A DNA stretch of 63,972 nucleotides, filler included, from Klebsormidium nitens (lineage: Eukaryota; Plantae; Klebsormidiophyceae), in assembly GCA_000708835.1 (NCBI GenBank). It is 4 parts of 4 records of this genome, joined end to end, with 100 filler letters (N's around TTAATTAATTAA, not from the genome) between each part and the next. Parts side by side here need not be neighbours in the genome. Positions count along the whole stretch, not along the records: positions 35,381 to 61,069 come from DF237834.1; 3 more parts are not named here. One strand, written 5' to 3'. This document shows positions 36,054 to 49,111 of the stretch, one piece after another. The notes beneath the pieces were generated by a model. The model saw only the letters and a list, made by a program, of their open reading frames with translations, did not search any database and was not told where the DNA came from. The translations under genes were made by a program, and so were the position numbers. Every line of letters begins with the position of its first letter. Within the stretch, counting starts at the first letter, position 1.

Positions 36054-37764
36054 GTGTCCCTCCTAGCCCACTTTGATTAAAGATATTACCTAGAGTCTAT
36101 AACTTTGTAAGTCTCAACTTACGTGACGTCGATCCCGTGTCACCCAGACCCGGTACTATACCGTAACGTTACCATCGTATGGTTAGTACCGGAGTCACTG
36201 AGTTCCGTTCGGCGCAATTTATTCCGGTTCGCGCGCGATGTCGGCACCGTTGCACAACGACGGAACCCAGCTGCCAAGCCTTTGCTGCAAGCATGGTGTC
36301 CGTCGAACAGCTGACAGTCCTTGAACATATTGAACGTAGCTTCGATATCGAATGCATGTTTCATGTAACGCAGCAGCTTCGAAGCAGGCCGCGACAAATG
36401 CCAATTGCTCGAGGCCAGACGTGACCTTTACCGATCGTTACCGGCGAGCTTTGCAAAAGACGGTCCGAGAAGGCCGATCGTACGGCTGCAAGAAGGCAGG
36501 AAATCAGAAACCCTCACCCATCGACGGTAGGCTTGTGCACGAAGATTCTGCGGTTCCGGATCCCGGCTTCAGAATCTTCCACATTCACACTATCTCATAT
36601 TTTGCTCGTTCATGTCCATGACTTTGCTGCTGTGCTTGTGCTGTGAACAGCCTCCTAGCCTTGAGGAGAGGGGAACGAAGAAGAGGCTGCAGGCGCTTTG
36701 GAGGTACCACCACTCTGGTGCTGCCACAAGGGTGGACATTGTGGTCACACAACTTGTGCTTCTGATCAGGGTCACGTTGCTCAGACTCAGAGTGAGTTGA
36801 GGGGAAAGGCAAATGCAGGCCCTTTCCAAGGAAGTTCTCAGCCGGGAGGAATGCTTGTCATAAGATCGTAGTGGCAAAGTTGTGCGTTCGGCATTGGAGT
36901 GGAGTGGCATGTCTCTGTGTGACGGTGTTATCAGCACCCTGTGAACATCACCCTGTTGGCGATAGCTTTAGAGTGCACTTTGGAAACGCCTCACATATGC
37001 ATTTAGTTGAGGCTCGTCAATAGAAATCGACGCATCCAACTGTAGGAACCACCATCAGGTCTCAGGTGAGATTTGTTGCCGCCTTTTCCGAAGTGCTTTG
37101 CCAGAAATCTAGTTTGACCTTTGAAAGTGAATGCAATGTATCCCTCAGAAGCTTCTCAGGAAGGGACTTGGTATAGGCAGGCCTTCCTAGCCACCTGGTG
37201 TCACCATACCGGTGCTTGTCCAGAGGATTGGAATGAGAATACTGAGTATCAGACGGCCTTGACCCTCACTCTTTCTATTGCTTTTGAGCATTCAACCTGG
37301 TCAAACTTCGTGTAGGTTTGGTGTGTGTTGGAGCAACTGTATGGTCCAGGTCTGGCCGTCAGCCTTCTCCCCTGGTGTTGCAAGGTTTGCTTACCAGCGA
37401 CAACAGACGATATGACGACCTTGGTTTGCTTGCAGCAGTCAGAGAAAGTGGACGCAAGAATGGAGTATACTCCACTCTTACTCCTGTTCGTTTCATAAGC
37501 CTTTTGGCATTTACGAGACGCACAGTGACGACTTTGCTTGAGAAAGAAGGTTGCTTTTGACTCATGTCTGTGGCTTGCTATCACAATGAGTGGTCCTGAT
37601 TGGCTGGGTTGATATATATTCAGACCTGTTGGCAATAGAGCTTAGTGGAGCTGAACATCCTTGCAAACTTATTGCAGGGCGTCCCATCTGCATCATTCAA
37701 GGAGCAAGAAGACCCAAATCAGACGCCTTGGGGGAAAAGTCCCGCCCCTTCTTAGACAGTGAGC

Positions 37765-40700
37765 ATGGCGGACACCACAGATGAGATCGCCGAGGAGATG
37801 TCCTTCCAGCCACTAGAAGATGACTGCAAGCTCCTGGGTTCTCTGCTCGATGATTGCCTCAGGCATGAAGTGGGAGAGGAATTCATGGCGCGGATTGAGA
37901 AAGTCAGATCACTGGCTCATGTGAGTTTTTCTGTCATCTCCTGATGTGACCTCTTGTGGATTCTGAAGTTTGGAAATGCATTGCATTGTCGCAGTTCCAA
38001 AAGCATCTGCGTCCGAGTTGTGGCCTCCTCAGGCGATCTTCATGGACATACGGCCCAAGGCAGTCACTGACATTCAGGCTTCTATGCAGTGAGATTCCAG
38101 AAAAGTCCAGACTATCAGGTAGAAAGTTGTTTCCCGGTTTTCCATGCGCTTCCGATCGCTCATTCCTGTGTTTTGAAACTGATCTGATAATTTGACACCG
38201 CGGTGTTGCCCTGCAGAGTGCGTCAGACCTGAAGGCGTCAGGAGTGGACGATGCTGCTAGCTACCTATTCCAAATTCTGGACAAAGAGCTGACGAGCATG
38301 GACATCAACGAAGCAGTCCCGCTCACACGGGCCTTTTCGCATTACCTTTCCCTGACTGGTATTGCAGAAATGCACCACAGGTAAGGCAATGTGGGACGGA
38401 TATGGCAGATAATCCTGGATGCAAAGGTGAATAGCTAATGCAGATGTCAGAAGAGCAGTGTGTCCAGCATGGTTGGTCGTCCTAGATTGAGGCAGTTCCT
38501 CTCAGAACATATGATTCATCGGAAGACTAAGGCCTTCATGGCCAGAAGCGAGCTATCATACATCTTGTAAGTCACGGATTCGTTAGGCAGTGGACGCTAA
38601 GTCAATTTCCTTGTCTTTGACTTATGGACTGACCACCACTGGTTCCTGGTTCACAGTGTCTTTGTTTCTGGAGGTCTCTCGCTAATTCAAAAGGTCAAGT
38701 GCTATGGTTAATCCTATCTCTTGTGGTTAGAGCAACAACTCTCGAAAGTGCCCCTTTGAAAGTAACTCTGTCAAACGGTCTTACAGTCCCCTTTTCTGTC
38801 CTGCCAGCTCTTCAAATATCTCAATCAACCGCGTTCGGCGCTTCACATTGACCCTTAAGCAGAGAAACAAGTTCCAACTCTGCACCCTCTGATGAACTGC
38901 ACGGTTTTACAGAGTCCGTAAGACAAAGACTGGCGGCGTTCTCTCCAAGTCCTGCGACGACGTTTTTGGCCGGCTCATCGCAAGCGGCCTGTCTCCGGAG
39001 GAGGTCTTCGACGCCGTTCTGAAGCAAGAGGTGGAGATCGTCCTCACTGCGCATCCGACACAGATCAACCGGCGCACGCTGCAGTACAAGCACCTCCGTA
39101 TGGCGCAGCTGCTGGAGAAGAACGACAGGACGGATCTGGCGCCAGAGGACAGGGAGCTCCTGATTGAGGACATGGTGAGGCGCCGCTCGCAGCTCCAGCT
39201 CACGAGAACAGGAGCCAGCACATCTTCTGCTTGTGAATCTACTTAGTTAAACATCTTGCCCATCTGTTCTTCTTTCCAAGAATCAGAGCTGTTTACAAAA
39301 AGGCTTTGTTTCGGAGCCCTTCTGCTTTTCAAGCTGATTGATCAACAGCCCTCAAAGCTCGGGGGTTGATGGCCCAAGTCGCTCTCGATATTCATGCAAA
39401 AAAGCTTTTCTGCAATGAGCAATGGTTCATTTGTGTGATATTTTTCCAATCTGCTTATTTGGTTAGCCCACACGAGAATGAGAAACTGAACACAAATACG
39501 CGACCAGAAAATTACTCGAATTTCCATGTTACCCGCCAAGAAGCTCCAAGCACTCTTAAGGAGGGGCGCCGACTTTGGAATATACACGGTCACTGTATCT
39601 CTCTGGAAGAGAAAGAGTTATCAGGAAGGGTGACGGTATCTTTCTCTCTTTCTCTAGGTGCGTGAGATCGTTTCCCTCTGGCACACCGACGAGCTGCGGA
39701 GGTCGAAGCCCAGCTCTCTTGACGAGGCCCGTGGCGGCCTTCACATCGTCGAGCAGTCCCTATGGAAGGCCGTCCCTGCATACCTCAGGCGCGTCAGCAA
39801 CGCACTGAAGAAGGTGAGGCTTTGCCGGAACGCTTTCCTTGTTGTGGATTAAGCGCTCTGCCAATCGAACGATTTCGAAACAATAAGAGGCGCCAATGGT
39901 CGAAATAAGAAATAATCAGACGAGCTATTCGTGCTTCGTTGCCCTCGTCCTCGAGTTTGAGAGCCCTGCTCAAGGTCCTGTCCGTGTCAGATTTGGACGT
40001 GTGCATCTGGGTTCTGAGCCGTCAATGTCTTGAAACAGCCTGTTCCGCTTTTCATCCATCTACATTCTCGTGATCTCCATTGCCTTCCAAAGAGAACCTC
40101 CTTTTCTGGTCCCTCGTCTTCCGGTCGCTTTCCTTCTATCTTCGAACGCCATCAATGCATCCCAAGCATTCGAGCAACCATTCCCACCTCGTCCCCTCTC
40201 ACCTTCCCCGTACTACGACCTGCAGCACACGGGCCGCCCTCTCCCGTTGACCGCGGTCCCCATCCACTTCGGCTCGTGGATGGGAGGCGACAGAGACGGT
40301 AACCCCAACGTGACCGCCAAGGTGACCCGGGAGGTGGCCTATTTAGCCCGCTGGATTGCAGCGGACTTGTACCTCCGCGAGATTGACACGCTGCGCTTCG
40401 AGCTGTCCATGGACAAGTGCAACGAGAAGCTGGCGCGACTCGCGGAGGAGCTTCGTGCAGCGGGTGAGCAAGATTTTCTTGTCCGCTTCATGAGATTGTT
40501 GCCGGGTTTGGTACCTAATAACCAGACAGAGATTATCCGATGATCTCATATGAACCCGCATGTTCCTCGCCAAACTTTTCAATCCTCGATCAGAACAGTT
40601 TCTCCAATTGTTTGGTTTACAAATTCGACATACGAGCCTACTTTTTCTCTGCTTGATTACCAGCCCAGTGCGCAATCCGTCGTCCAACTCAATTGATGAA

Positions 40701-43700
40701 GTGCCCCTTTTGACAAAGGAAGCAAAGGATCCGGAGCTTAGCTTTCACGACTCAAGCTGTACGGCCCTGAGATGGTGGCCTTGTCTCATACTTAGCGACA
40801 CGGTTTGGAAAGTCATCCCTTCCAAATCTTTACCTTTTCGACATGTCTTGGTCGTCGTTTAATATTGACGTTTGCACGATTGCACCCAGTTTGGCAAGCC
40901 CGTGACTACCCGCTTTCGGACCTTTTTGCTATCATTATTGGACGCTGCGGGCAAGGACTTCCAACATCTTCGAGAGTCGGGTTGCCGTGACCTCCGCTTG
41001 CCGCACCTTTTCGAAGAACGGTATAGCCAGAGCTTCAGAGAAATATGTACATGGTCTCCCGTGCTAAAAACCTGCTTTCGGACGCTCTCTTGTTCCAGAT
41101 TTGGAGGATGCGGACCACCACGGACACCACGAGCACAACCACGACTGGGGCCACGTGCCGAACGCCAGCAAGCTGGGCACGGTGACGCTGCCCCCAGGCG
41201 TACACCTGACGTCGGACCTCAGCATCAATGCTGATGAGTTCCTCGAGCCCGTGATCGAGCCGCCAATTCACTCGGAGGCTGTAAGTCTGGAAGCGCATGG
41301 TGAAGAGATACAATTTGAGGAATCCTTTGCCAGACAGTAGACTGTTTTAATGCTTGCCGTCCCACTTCTGCTCCTCGTTTCTTACCCCTCTTCGTTCTTC
41401 CTCGCTTAAGAGCAAAGGCATGGAACTCGCTGCGGCAGTACCTATGCTAGGGGTGCACAAGCAGGAAAGTCCAATCGGCATCCCTCAGGACTGACGCCGG
41501 CTGACTCTCAGTGGACAGCCGCCACCGTCCCGGCTCACTCCCCCAAACTTGCTGCTTATCTCTCACTGACGAAAATGTTCCGCTCTGCAGGAGAGGCCTC
41601 AGGAGCCGACGAGCAGCCAGCCTTCGCCTCGCGAGCCCACCCAGCCTCCGACCAGCCTTTGGCCCGCCGCAACCCCGGGCCCCCCACCCTCTCCCCGGGG
41701 TCCGTCCGCAATCACGGCGGCAGCCCTGACGGCCCCCCCGGCGCTGCCCCAGATCTCCACCACCCGGACCACAGCCCCCGGGATCACGAACCCGTCGCCA
41801 AAGGGCGGCCCGTCGCCGAAGACGGCGCCATCGTACCCGGTCGCCGCAAACGGAGTCGCGGCGCCGTCGCCCAGGGTCTCGACTGCGACTGGCGTCTCGG
41901 CCGGGGTGGCAAACAGCCCGTTCGTGCAGGCTCCGAACCTGAAACCGGTGTCCGCACCAGCGGCCGGGGGAGCCCCCTTAACCGGGGGAATGTCGTCGGC
42001 AAAGCGGCGCCCGTCGGACCCGAACTTCAAGACATCCAACGTAGAGAAGATGCTCAACCCGGGCAGCCAGATGTACCTGGCGCCGTACCGCGTGGTCCTT
42101 GGTGACGTCAGGCAGAAGGTGAGGCGAGATGAAAGGATGGAAAAACATTGCAGAGGATATCACTGCTCAGTGCGGTGTCGTTGCTCAGATTCAGCTGCCT
42201 GTCACCTTCAATCGGTGGTTGGGGATCTCATAAACGACGGAACGAAGACGAGGGCTTTTTGCATAATCAAAGTGCTGCACCAAGTGTGTCAGAGGTCACT
42301 TTATGCTGGTCCTTCTTCGCTTTCTTTGAATCATAGGAATGTTTCCTGGGTGCGACTACAGACAATCTTGTCAGCGCAGTGCACATAAAGCGAGAGCGTA
42401 TCCGTGCCCCATGATCTCCGGGTGGGGTAGAAGCATAGGCTCTGTCGGACATCGCTGTGCCTCTTTCGACAAATCTGTCATTCGCCATTATCATACTTCT
42501 TTCCCTGTACGTTGAGGGGCCCTTCGTCGCTCTGGCCTCTATCATTGGTCCTGGTTGTTCACTATCTTGTCCGCATGCAATCCTCACGCCCGTGATGAAT
42601 CCCAAAGTAGATTCTCACGGTTGGCTTCAAATCAAATTTAGTCGCCGTTGCTTCCGTCTCCCCTCTCAGCTCGTGAACACCCGCCGGCGCATGGAGCAGT
42701 TCCTGGACCACCAGCCTCCCTCTACCGAGGAGGAGTACTACGAGACCGGAGAACAGCTGGCAGCACCTTTGCTGGCGATCTACGAGTCGCTGCACCAGAC
42801 GGGGGCGGGTATCATTGCTGACGGAAGGCTGGCAGACACCATCCGCCGGTGCCACACGTTCGGAATGAACCTGATGAAGCTGGACTTGCGCCAGGTGAGG
42901 AGCGAGCCGTCGGAAGCTCGGTCATTGAAAATAAGATTGGTTATGTTCGCAAGGACATATGTCATCTGTTTTGGTGGCCATCCAAAGACGCCGTCTCAAC
43001 CTTTGTATTGTTTCCTGCACATGAGTGCTGCTGACAGATGAATAGGGGTGCCCGGGACACTTCCACCCAAGCGCGCGGCTCGCACAGAAAGACGTTCATC
43101 ATCGAGCTTCGTGTAGCCCGCTCTTTCTTTTGCGAAAGACAGAATGTGAATTGAAGGAGCTTCGTTGAGGGGACTGACCAGGTCCGTTATTCTTTTTGCA
43201 TCAGACGTCATCGTATACTCTACGGCTTTTCATCCGAGGTCAGCAGAAATCCATATTAAGACCTTCAGTCCCCAGTCTTTCACACCCTCTCTTTATAAGG
43301 CGGACCGCCATACGGAATTCATCAACTGCTGACCGTTTGCCCTGAGTTAGGCTTATATGAAAAATAAACACTCACCAGCACTCCAGGTTATAGATTACAA
43401 GGGTTGCTCTTCAGATACACCCCTTAAGCTTCATCTTCCTTGTGTGCCCGCAGGAAGCGGACCGCCACACCGAGGCGATTAACGCCCTGACCGAGTACCT
43501 GGGGATGGGCTCCTACAAGGAGTGGACCGAGGAAAAGAAGCTCGAGTTCCTGGTGAGCGAGCTGCGTGGAAAGCGGCCGCTGATCCCCAACAACATCGAG
43601 CTCAGCGAGCCCGTAGCGGAGGTCATCGACACGTTCAAGATCGCCGCGGAACTGGGCACCGGCTCGCTGGGAGCGTACGTCATCTCCATGGCGTCCGAGG

Positions 43701-46700
43701 TAAGAAAACACAGTGCGATCGAAGGCCTACGGAAAGCAGGAAGCTCCGAGGAGTCCTCAAGCATTGCCATGAACAGTCTTTGGCAAACGATCGCTCTAGT
43801 CGAAGCTACGAAGATTCAGCTGAGGATACCACGATACGAAGAACGACGTAAGTGAGTCAGAAGTGGCCTTATCTGGAACAGTGCAGTCACTCCCTGTGTC
43901 CGAAACGTTTTCCGCGAATAAAGGCCCATTCGCAGGAACTAGGCTACAAGCACAGCCTTGAAGGTTTTCGCTCGAGATTACCCACAGGCAATCTGGATTA
44001 TTGGTGTGGCCGGTCCTCTCTAGTCCCTTCTCTTTCATGGCCGTTCGGCGAACCAATCTGTCACCGTTTGGGCTTGCGACACGAGGACTTTTGAGGTTCT
44101 TCAGCTGAAGCCTGGATGGTGTGCCCTTTCAGTGCCCTCTTTGAACGGAGCGATTGACTCGCCCACCTACGTCGAAACGCGAGACCCACTTCTCAATACC
44201 TTCAGAGCGCTCGTATGCTGGCACAGTCACCAACACGCCTGTTGATACTAGCCCTAAATATATTGGACAAATGGTAGCACGTACCTGGTTAAATATCACA
44301 AAATCGGAATTCTGAACCTTGCGACCTTCAAAGATTCACCCCTGAAAGTCTCGACTTTTCGGATCTTTGAAACCAGTTAAACTGAAACCCTAGATTTTGC
44401 TTCGCAGGCGAGTGACGTGTTGGCGGTGGAGCTGCTCCAGCGCGAGGCGCGGCTGATGCAGCACGGCGACTCCAAGGGCGTGCGCAAGGGCAGCCTGCGC
44501 GTGGTGCCCCTCTTCGAGACGGTCGCCGATCTGCAGGGCGCGGGCGCCGCCATGCGCCGCCTGCTGTCGGTCGATTGGTACCTCCAGCACCTGATCGACA
44601 ACCACGACAGCCACCAGGAGGTAAGAGACTTCAATATGGAGTTTGAAGATTTTAACCTTCAGAAAGTTTAACCTTCGGAAAAATAAGCGTCTAGGGTCCT
44701 CATCTTGGAACGGGTGGGGTTAGGTAAGGGGATCAGGGGGCGTGAGGGTGCAAAACAGGCTAAGGCTGAGTTTAGGAATTGTAGGGATGAGCACAGTCTT
44801 GTTCTTCGTAGAGCTCAAGGCTCTCCGGCAGATCATGAGGCGTTTCCTAGAGCCCGGTGCCACCTTGAGCTCTGTCGCTCTGGCCGTCCAACATGGCCGC
44901 CTGACCGAGTATATTCTGTGGTACAGCGCAAGATTTGTCGGTTTCCAACCTGGAAACTCTTGCTCCCATCTCAGATCACGCTCGCTGTGCCTCTCCGCTT
45001 TTTTTCTTCATGCTGCTTCTTCTGAATTTCTGTCTGCAGATTTCACTTTCAAGCAGAAGAGTGAAATCTTCGGCCGCTCTGGTTGCAGGTCATGCTGGGC
45101 TACTCCGACTCCGGGAAGGACGCCGGCCGCTTCACCGCTGCGTGGGAGCTCTACAAAGCGCAGGAAGACCTGGTCGCCGTTCTCTCCGAGTTCAACATCC
45201 GGCTCACTCTTTTCCACGGGCGGGGCGGCAGCGTCGGCCGGGGGGGTGGTCCCATGTACACCGCTATTCAGTCCCAGCCCCCCGGGTCGGTCCAGGGGAC
45301 AATCAGGGTGACTGAGCAGGGGGAGATGATCCAAGCCAAGTTTGGGCTGCCGGCGGTGTGCCTGCGCCAGCTGGAAATCTACACCACGGCCGTGCTGCTG
45401 GCGACGATTCACCCTCCGGAGCCAGCCAGGAAGCAGGTGGGCATAAAAAATGGAAATGGAAAACTGGAAAATAAAGGCCTGTACAAGCGCCGGCTGTCTG
45501 TACGGCTTTCATCTCACTCCCTCTTCAGAACCAGTGGTTGTCCTCGAGTTGCCCAGAATCGTTGGATCGCAGAGGCAAAGCAATTAGCGGAATCGTGCTT
45601 TCGAGTAGCTAAGATTAGCGGTCCGACCCTTCCAGTCACCTCTTAGAAAGTGGTCCGTGAATGAAAGCACACCACTTCGTTGGAAGCAGGCTACCAACAC
45701 CTCCGCCAACATCACAGCGCTCTCTTGGAACCCAACTTTTGCCGTCACCAACGCGCTCTATTGACACAAAGCCCGCTCAGCACCCAAGATCTACCGTCGG
45801 TTGGTAAACAGCCCCTTCTCTTTGGTGCCTTGCAGAGCTGGCGCCAGGTGATGGAGGAGATCTCCGAGTCGAGCTGCGAGCACTACCGGGACGTGGTGTA
45901 CAAGAACGAGGACTTCCTGACGTACTTCAAGGAGGCCACCCCCGAGGGCGAGCTGGGCAACCTCAACATCGGAAGCCGCCCGACGCGCCGTAAGAAGAAT
46001 GGCGGCGTGCGCCAGCTGCGGGCCATCCCCTGGATCTTCGCCTGGACGCAGAACGTAAGGAGTCGCCCGCCATAGCTCGTTTGCTTTCTTCGGACCAGAA
46101 GCAGTCTTTCTAACGATCCGTTGCTTCTGAGCCGTTTAGTCGACGCCTTTTGTAGCTTGCATGGGCACTCAATCCGAGACTTCCGAGGGTACAACCTACT
46201 TTTTGCGTCTGAAGAGACCCGTGTATCCCGCAAACGTGCTGAACGACTTCTTGCATGCAGTTCGCCGATACTCTACTGCTTTCTTTGTGGTAGCCCGCAC
46301 ATTCTCAGATTAGAAACTGTTCCTGAATCGCTCAAGACCGGAAAGGTGGTAATAGGAGACTGTTTTGCTCACGCCATTTGACAGTCTGCGTGCACAGACT
46401 CAGTACGGAACCACGGCTCTTGAAGCTCAACAATCGTGCTCCTGTCCGCAGCTTCTAGACTTGCCGTTCAGGCTGGGCGTTCCCCGCCAGGAAAGCGTTG
46501 AAAGATACTGGCACAAATCGTTCGGTGATATTTTACCTGCAGCGGCTGAACCTGCCAGCGTGGCTGGGCGTCGGCGCGGGCCTGCGTGCATCGATGGCCA
46601 AGGGCCACACGGAGGAGCTGCAGGCGATGTACCGCCAGTGGCCCTTCTTCCAGTCCACGGTCGACCTCATCGAGATGGTGTGCGCCAAGGCCGACATGAC

Positions 46701-48143
46701 CATTTCGCAGCACTACGACGACGTGCTCGTCGCCGGCGAGCGTAAGAGCCTGGGCGCCAAGCTGCGCGAGGACTTCGACGCCACCGTTGCGGCGGTGCTG
46801 GAGGTAAAGCATTCCGTTACGCTTCCTCTTCTTATTGATAACTACTTTGTTCTTTCTTTTATCGTCATTCATTGGAAGGGTCAATAGTATAGTTCACTTT
46901 AATCTTCGTAACGAGGACGTTTGGCATCTCAGCCCCAAGCTGCGCGAGGACTTCAACGCCACCGTTGCGGCGGTGCTGGAGGTAAACGGTATTGTGCGCT
47001 TCTGCTACTCGTCCTCCTGCGGGAATGTCATATGTTGTTATCGTTTGTGAGAGTATCAGTCTTTCGGACGGCTTCAATGGAAGCGACAACGTGAGCCCTC
47101 GTGAGGGTTGGCGCCAAGCTGCACGGAAGTTCATGCCACCGGTTTGGTTGTGCTGGAGGTAACCGGTCCATTGCGCTCTGGATACTTGTGCTTCTGCTGG
47201 GGGTACACTTTGTTCTGTCTGTTATCGTGCTTCATCGGGAGTGTCAATATTTCGGAGCGAACAGTCCACTTCAATCGAAGCAACAATGCCAGCGCAACGA
47301 GGTTTGGCGCTGAATGGTGCGAGGCGTTTGATGCCACAGTCGCGGCGGTGGTCGAGTTTAATATGCGGTTCTTCGCATTCCTGCTGCTTGTGCGTGGCTG
47401 TCGCACAGTTCTTCTGACGTGTTTGCTCAATTCTGTTTTCATTATTTTTATATTCTGGAGTCCCTCTGGTTCACGATCGGAGGGGCCAACCTAGGGAAGG
47501 ACTCCATCGGCCGTATCGGTTGTAGCGGTACCGGAGTTGAGGTGCTTCTTCTTCCTTCCGACTTCACCTGCTAGCTCTACTTTCGCGTCAGCTGTCGTAA
47601 TTTTGTTCGTTGTCAGTTCAACAAGGCGGTGGCGTTGAGCAGAGAGGAGGATGCGGGCAGATTTTGTTGTTGACGCGGCAGCGCTGCTGGCCGTGGCCCG
47701 CCCACGTCGGTCTCGTGCTTTCCCTCTTGGTTGTTCTTCCTGGAGGCACCACGATCGCAAGTCACGACCTTGCTTTTGATTGAATCATGTACGTTATTCC
47801 TGTCAACCAAAATTAGTCTGCGATCAGCTGCGAAGAAGCGGACCCTCAACAAAGCGTTCACTCATTCCTCGATAATCTTTCAGTGACCGAAAGCAACCTG
47901 CTCTACTCTTCTCTCATATTACCGCCGTTTTGTTGCCAGGTGAGCGGCCACACGAAGCTTGCCGAGAACAACAAGACGCTGCGCCGCCTTATTGACACGC
48001 GCAGCCCACATCTGAACCCCATCAACATGCTGCAAGTCGAGATCCTGAAACGGCTGCGACAGGACGAGAGTAACCAGAAGCTGAGGGACGCATTGCTCAT
48101 CACCATCAACGGAATTGCGTCTGGGATGAGGAACACGGGTTAA
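37765..48143 (+). CDS. PPC4: Bacterial-type phosphoenolpyruvate carboxylase (BTPC, PPC4-like), 14 exons, ~1133 aa
   Basis: Exons: 37765-37920, 38217-38380, 38913-39174, 39658-39813, 40226-40463, 41099-41280, 41591-42118, 42670-42894, 43454-43699, 44408-44620, 45089-45436, 45836-46054, 46543-46803, 47940-48143. Total is 3402 nt, all GT-AG. N-terminus [15 protein letters not shown] lacks the plant-type phospho-Ser motif. Motifs [43 protein letters not shown] and [11 protein letters not shown] are present, and the C-terminus is RNTG. Confidence 0.96.
46758..47450 (+). repeat. Four ~180-bp tandem copies of the PEPC exon-13 end plus intron start
   Basis: gccaagctgcgcgaggacttc.acgccaccgttgcggcggtgctggag|gtaa recurs, with donor positions at 46804, 46982, 47159 and a decayed one at 47357. 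The intronic parts also align. Confidence 0.85.
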
Positions 48144-49111
48144 GAACAAGTTAGGAACACAAAAAGATTGTTAGCGTTGCTGAACTACCGGAACTTTGCT
48201 GGGCTTGCAGCTTATGGAAGCTACGTAAGTAGTAAGAAGCGTTATGTTTAGAAACGCAAACGGGGTATGGACGGCTGACACTCTTCATTGAGAGATTGTA
48301 ATGAGAACGCTGGCGGACGAACAATTGCTCCCCGTCCTTCATAAGCCGGAAGCTACTAACACCCGGGCGATCCATTGGAACTGGGCTATTGAGGTAGAGA
48401 AAGTAGGAAACGATTCATTATATGTGGGGGCCGCAACGTGGGGGCCGCCAAGGGGTTGCGGATGCACGTCTTAGTCGCGTCGAGAGGTCTTCAGTTGCGT
48501 CGAGGTCATCACAGAGGAGGGTTTTTGTCCAGTAGACGAGGCAGCTTCTTGCGTGCACTTTTTGACAATTTGTTGCGATCTTATTGTGAGCTAGGGACCT
48601 CTGTATCGTATTCGTAAGCATTGGCAGCTTGGTTGCAATTTAAGCCAGGACGATCGTTTGATGCATGACCCAATGTTCAATGAGCAAATTGCCCATAGTT
48701 CTTAATACATCATCGAAAGCTATGCTGCATGAGCGCTCCATCTGACCATGTATTACATTCAGCATATGACGAGTCATGTCAAAAAGGACAGTGCATGCAT
48801 AGTGCATGCTCTTCTTGTAAGGACGGTATACTTGCAAGTATATGATCGATTCCTTGTATAAATTTGGTGGAGATCAAAATATTGCCGCCACTAATGACCT
48901 ACGTCGCGGTGCACATGTACATAATAAGTAACCTTTGCGCGTCACTCATGAGCCACGACTTAAAGACGGGCTTAAGACCAATTCCAACTGTCCGCTAGGC
49001 CGTTCCCTGTATCGTGCATCCTTGAAACTGACTCGCTTCTTCATTACTTCCATCCGACAGATCTGCATCCTGAACAAGAAGGCAGCCTGTGGGTTTCACT
49101 ACGCCTACATC

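Noticed and set aside
36585-36937. Small ORFs upstream of PEPC (PEWWYL motif)
   Set aside because: The resemblance to cytochrome b or hAT motifs is limited to a few residues, with no supporting context.
44705-45311. Plus-strand ORFs of 106-189 aa within PEPC
   Set aside because: They are intron sequence or off-frame read-through of exon 11; the spliced PEPC model explains the region.
46758-47450. Regularly spaced repeats resembling a CRISPR array
   Set aside because: The units are duplicated exon/intron sequence, the 'spacers' are homologous to each other, the context is eukaryotic, and there are no cas genes.
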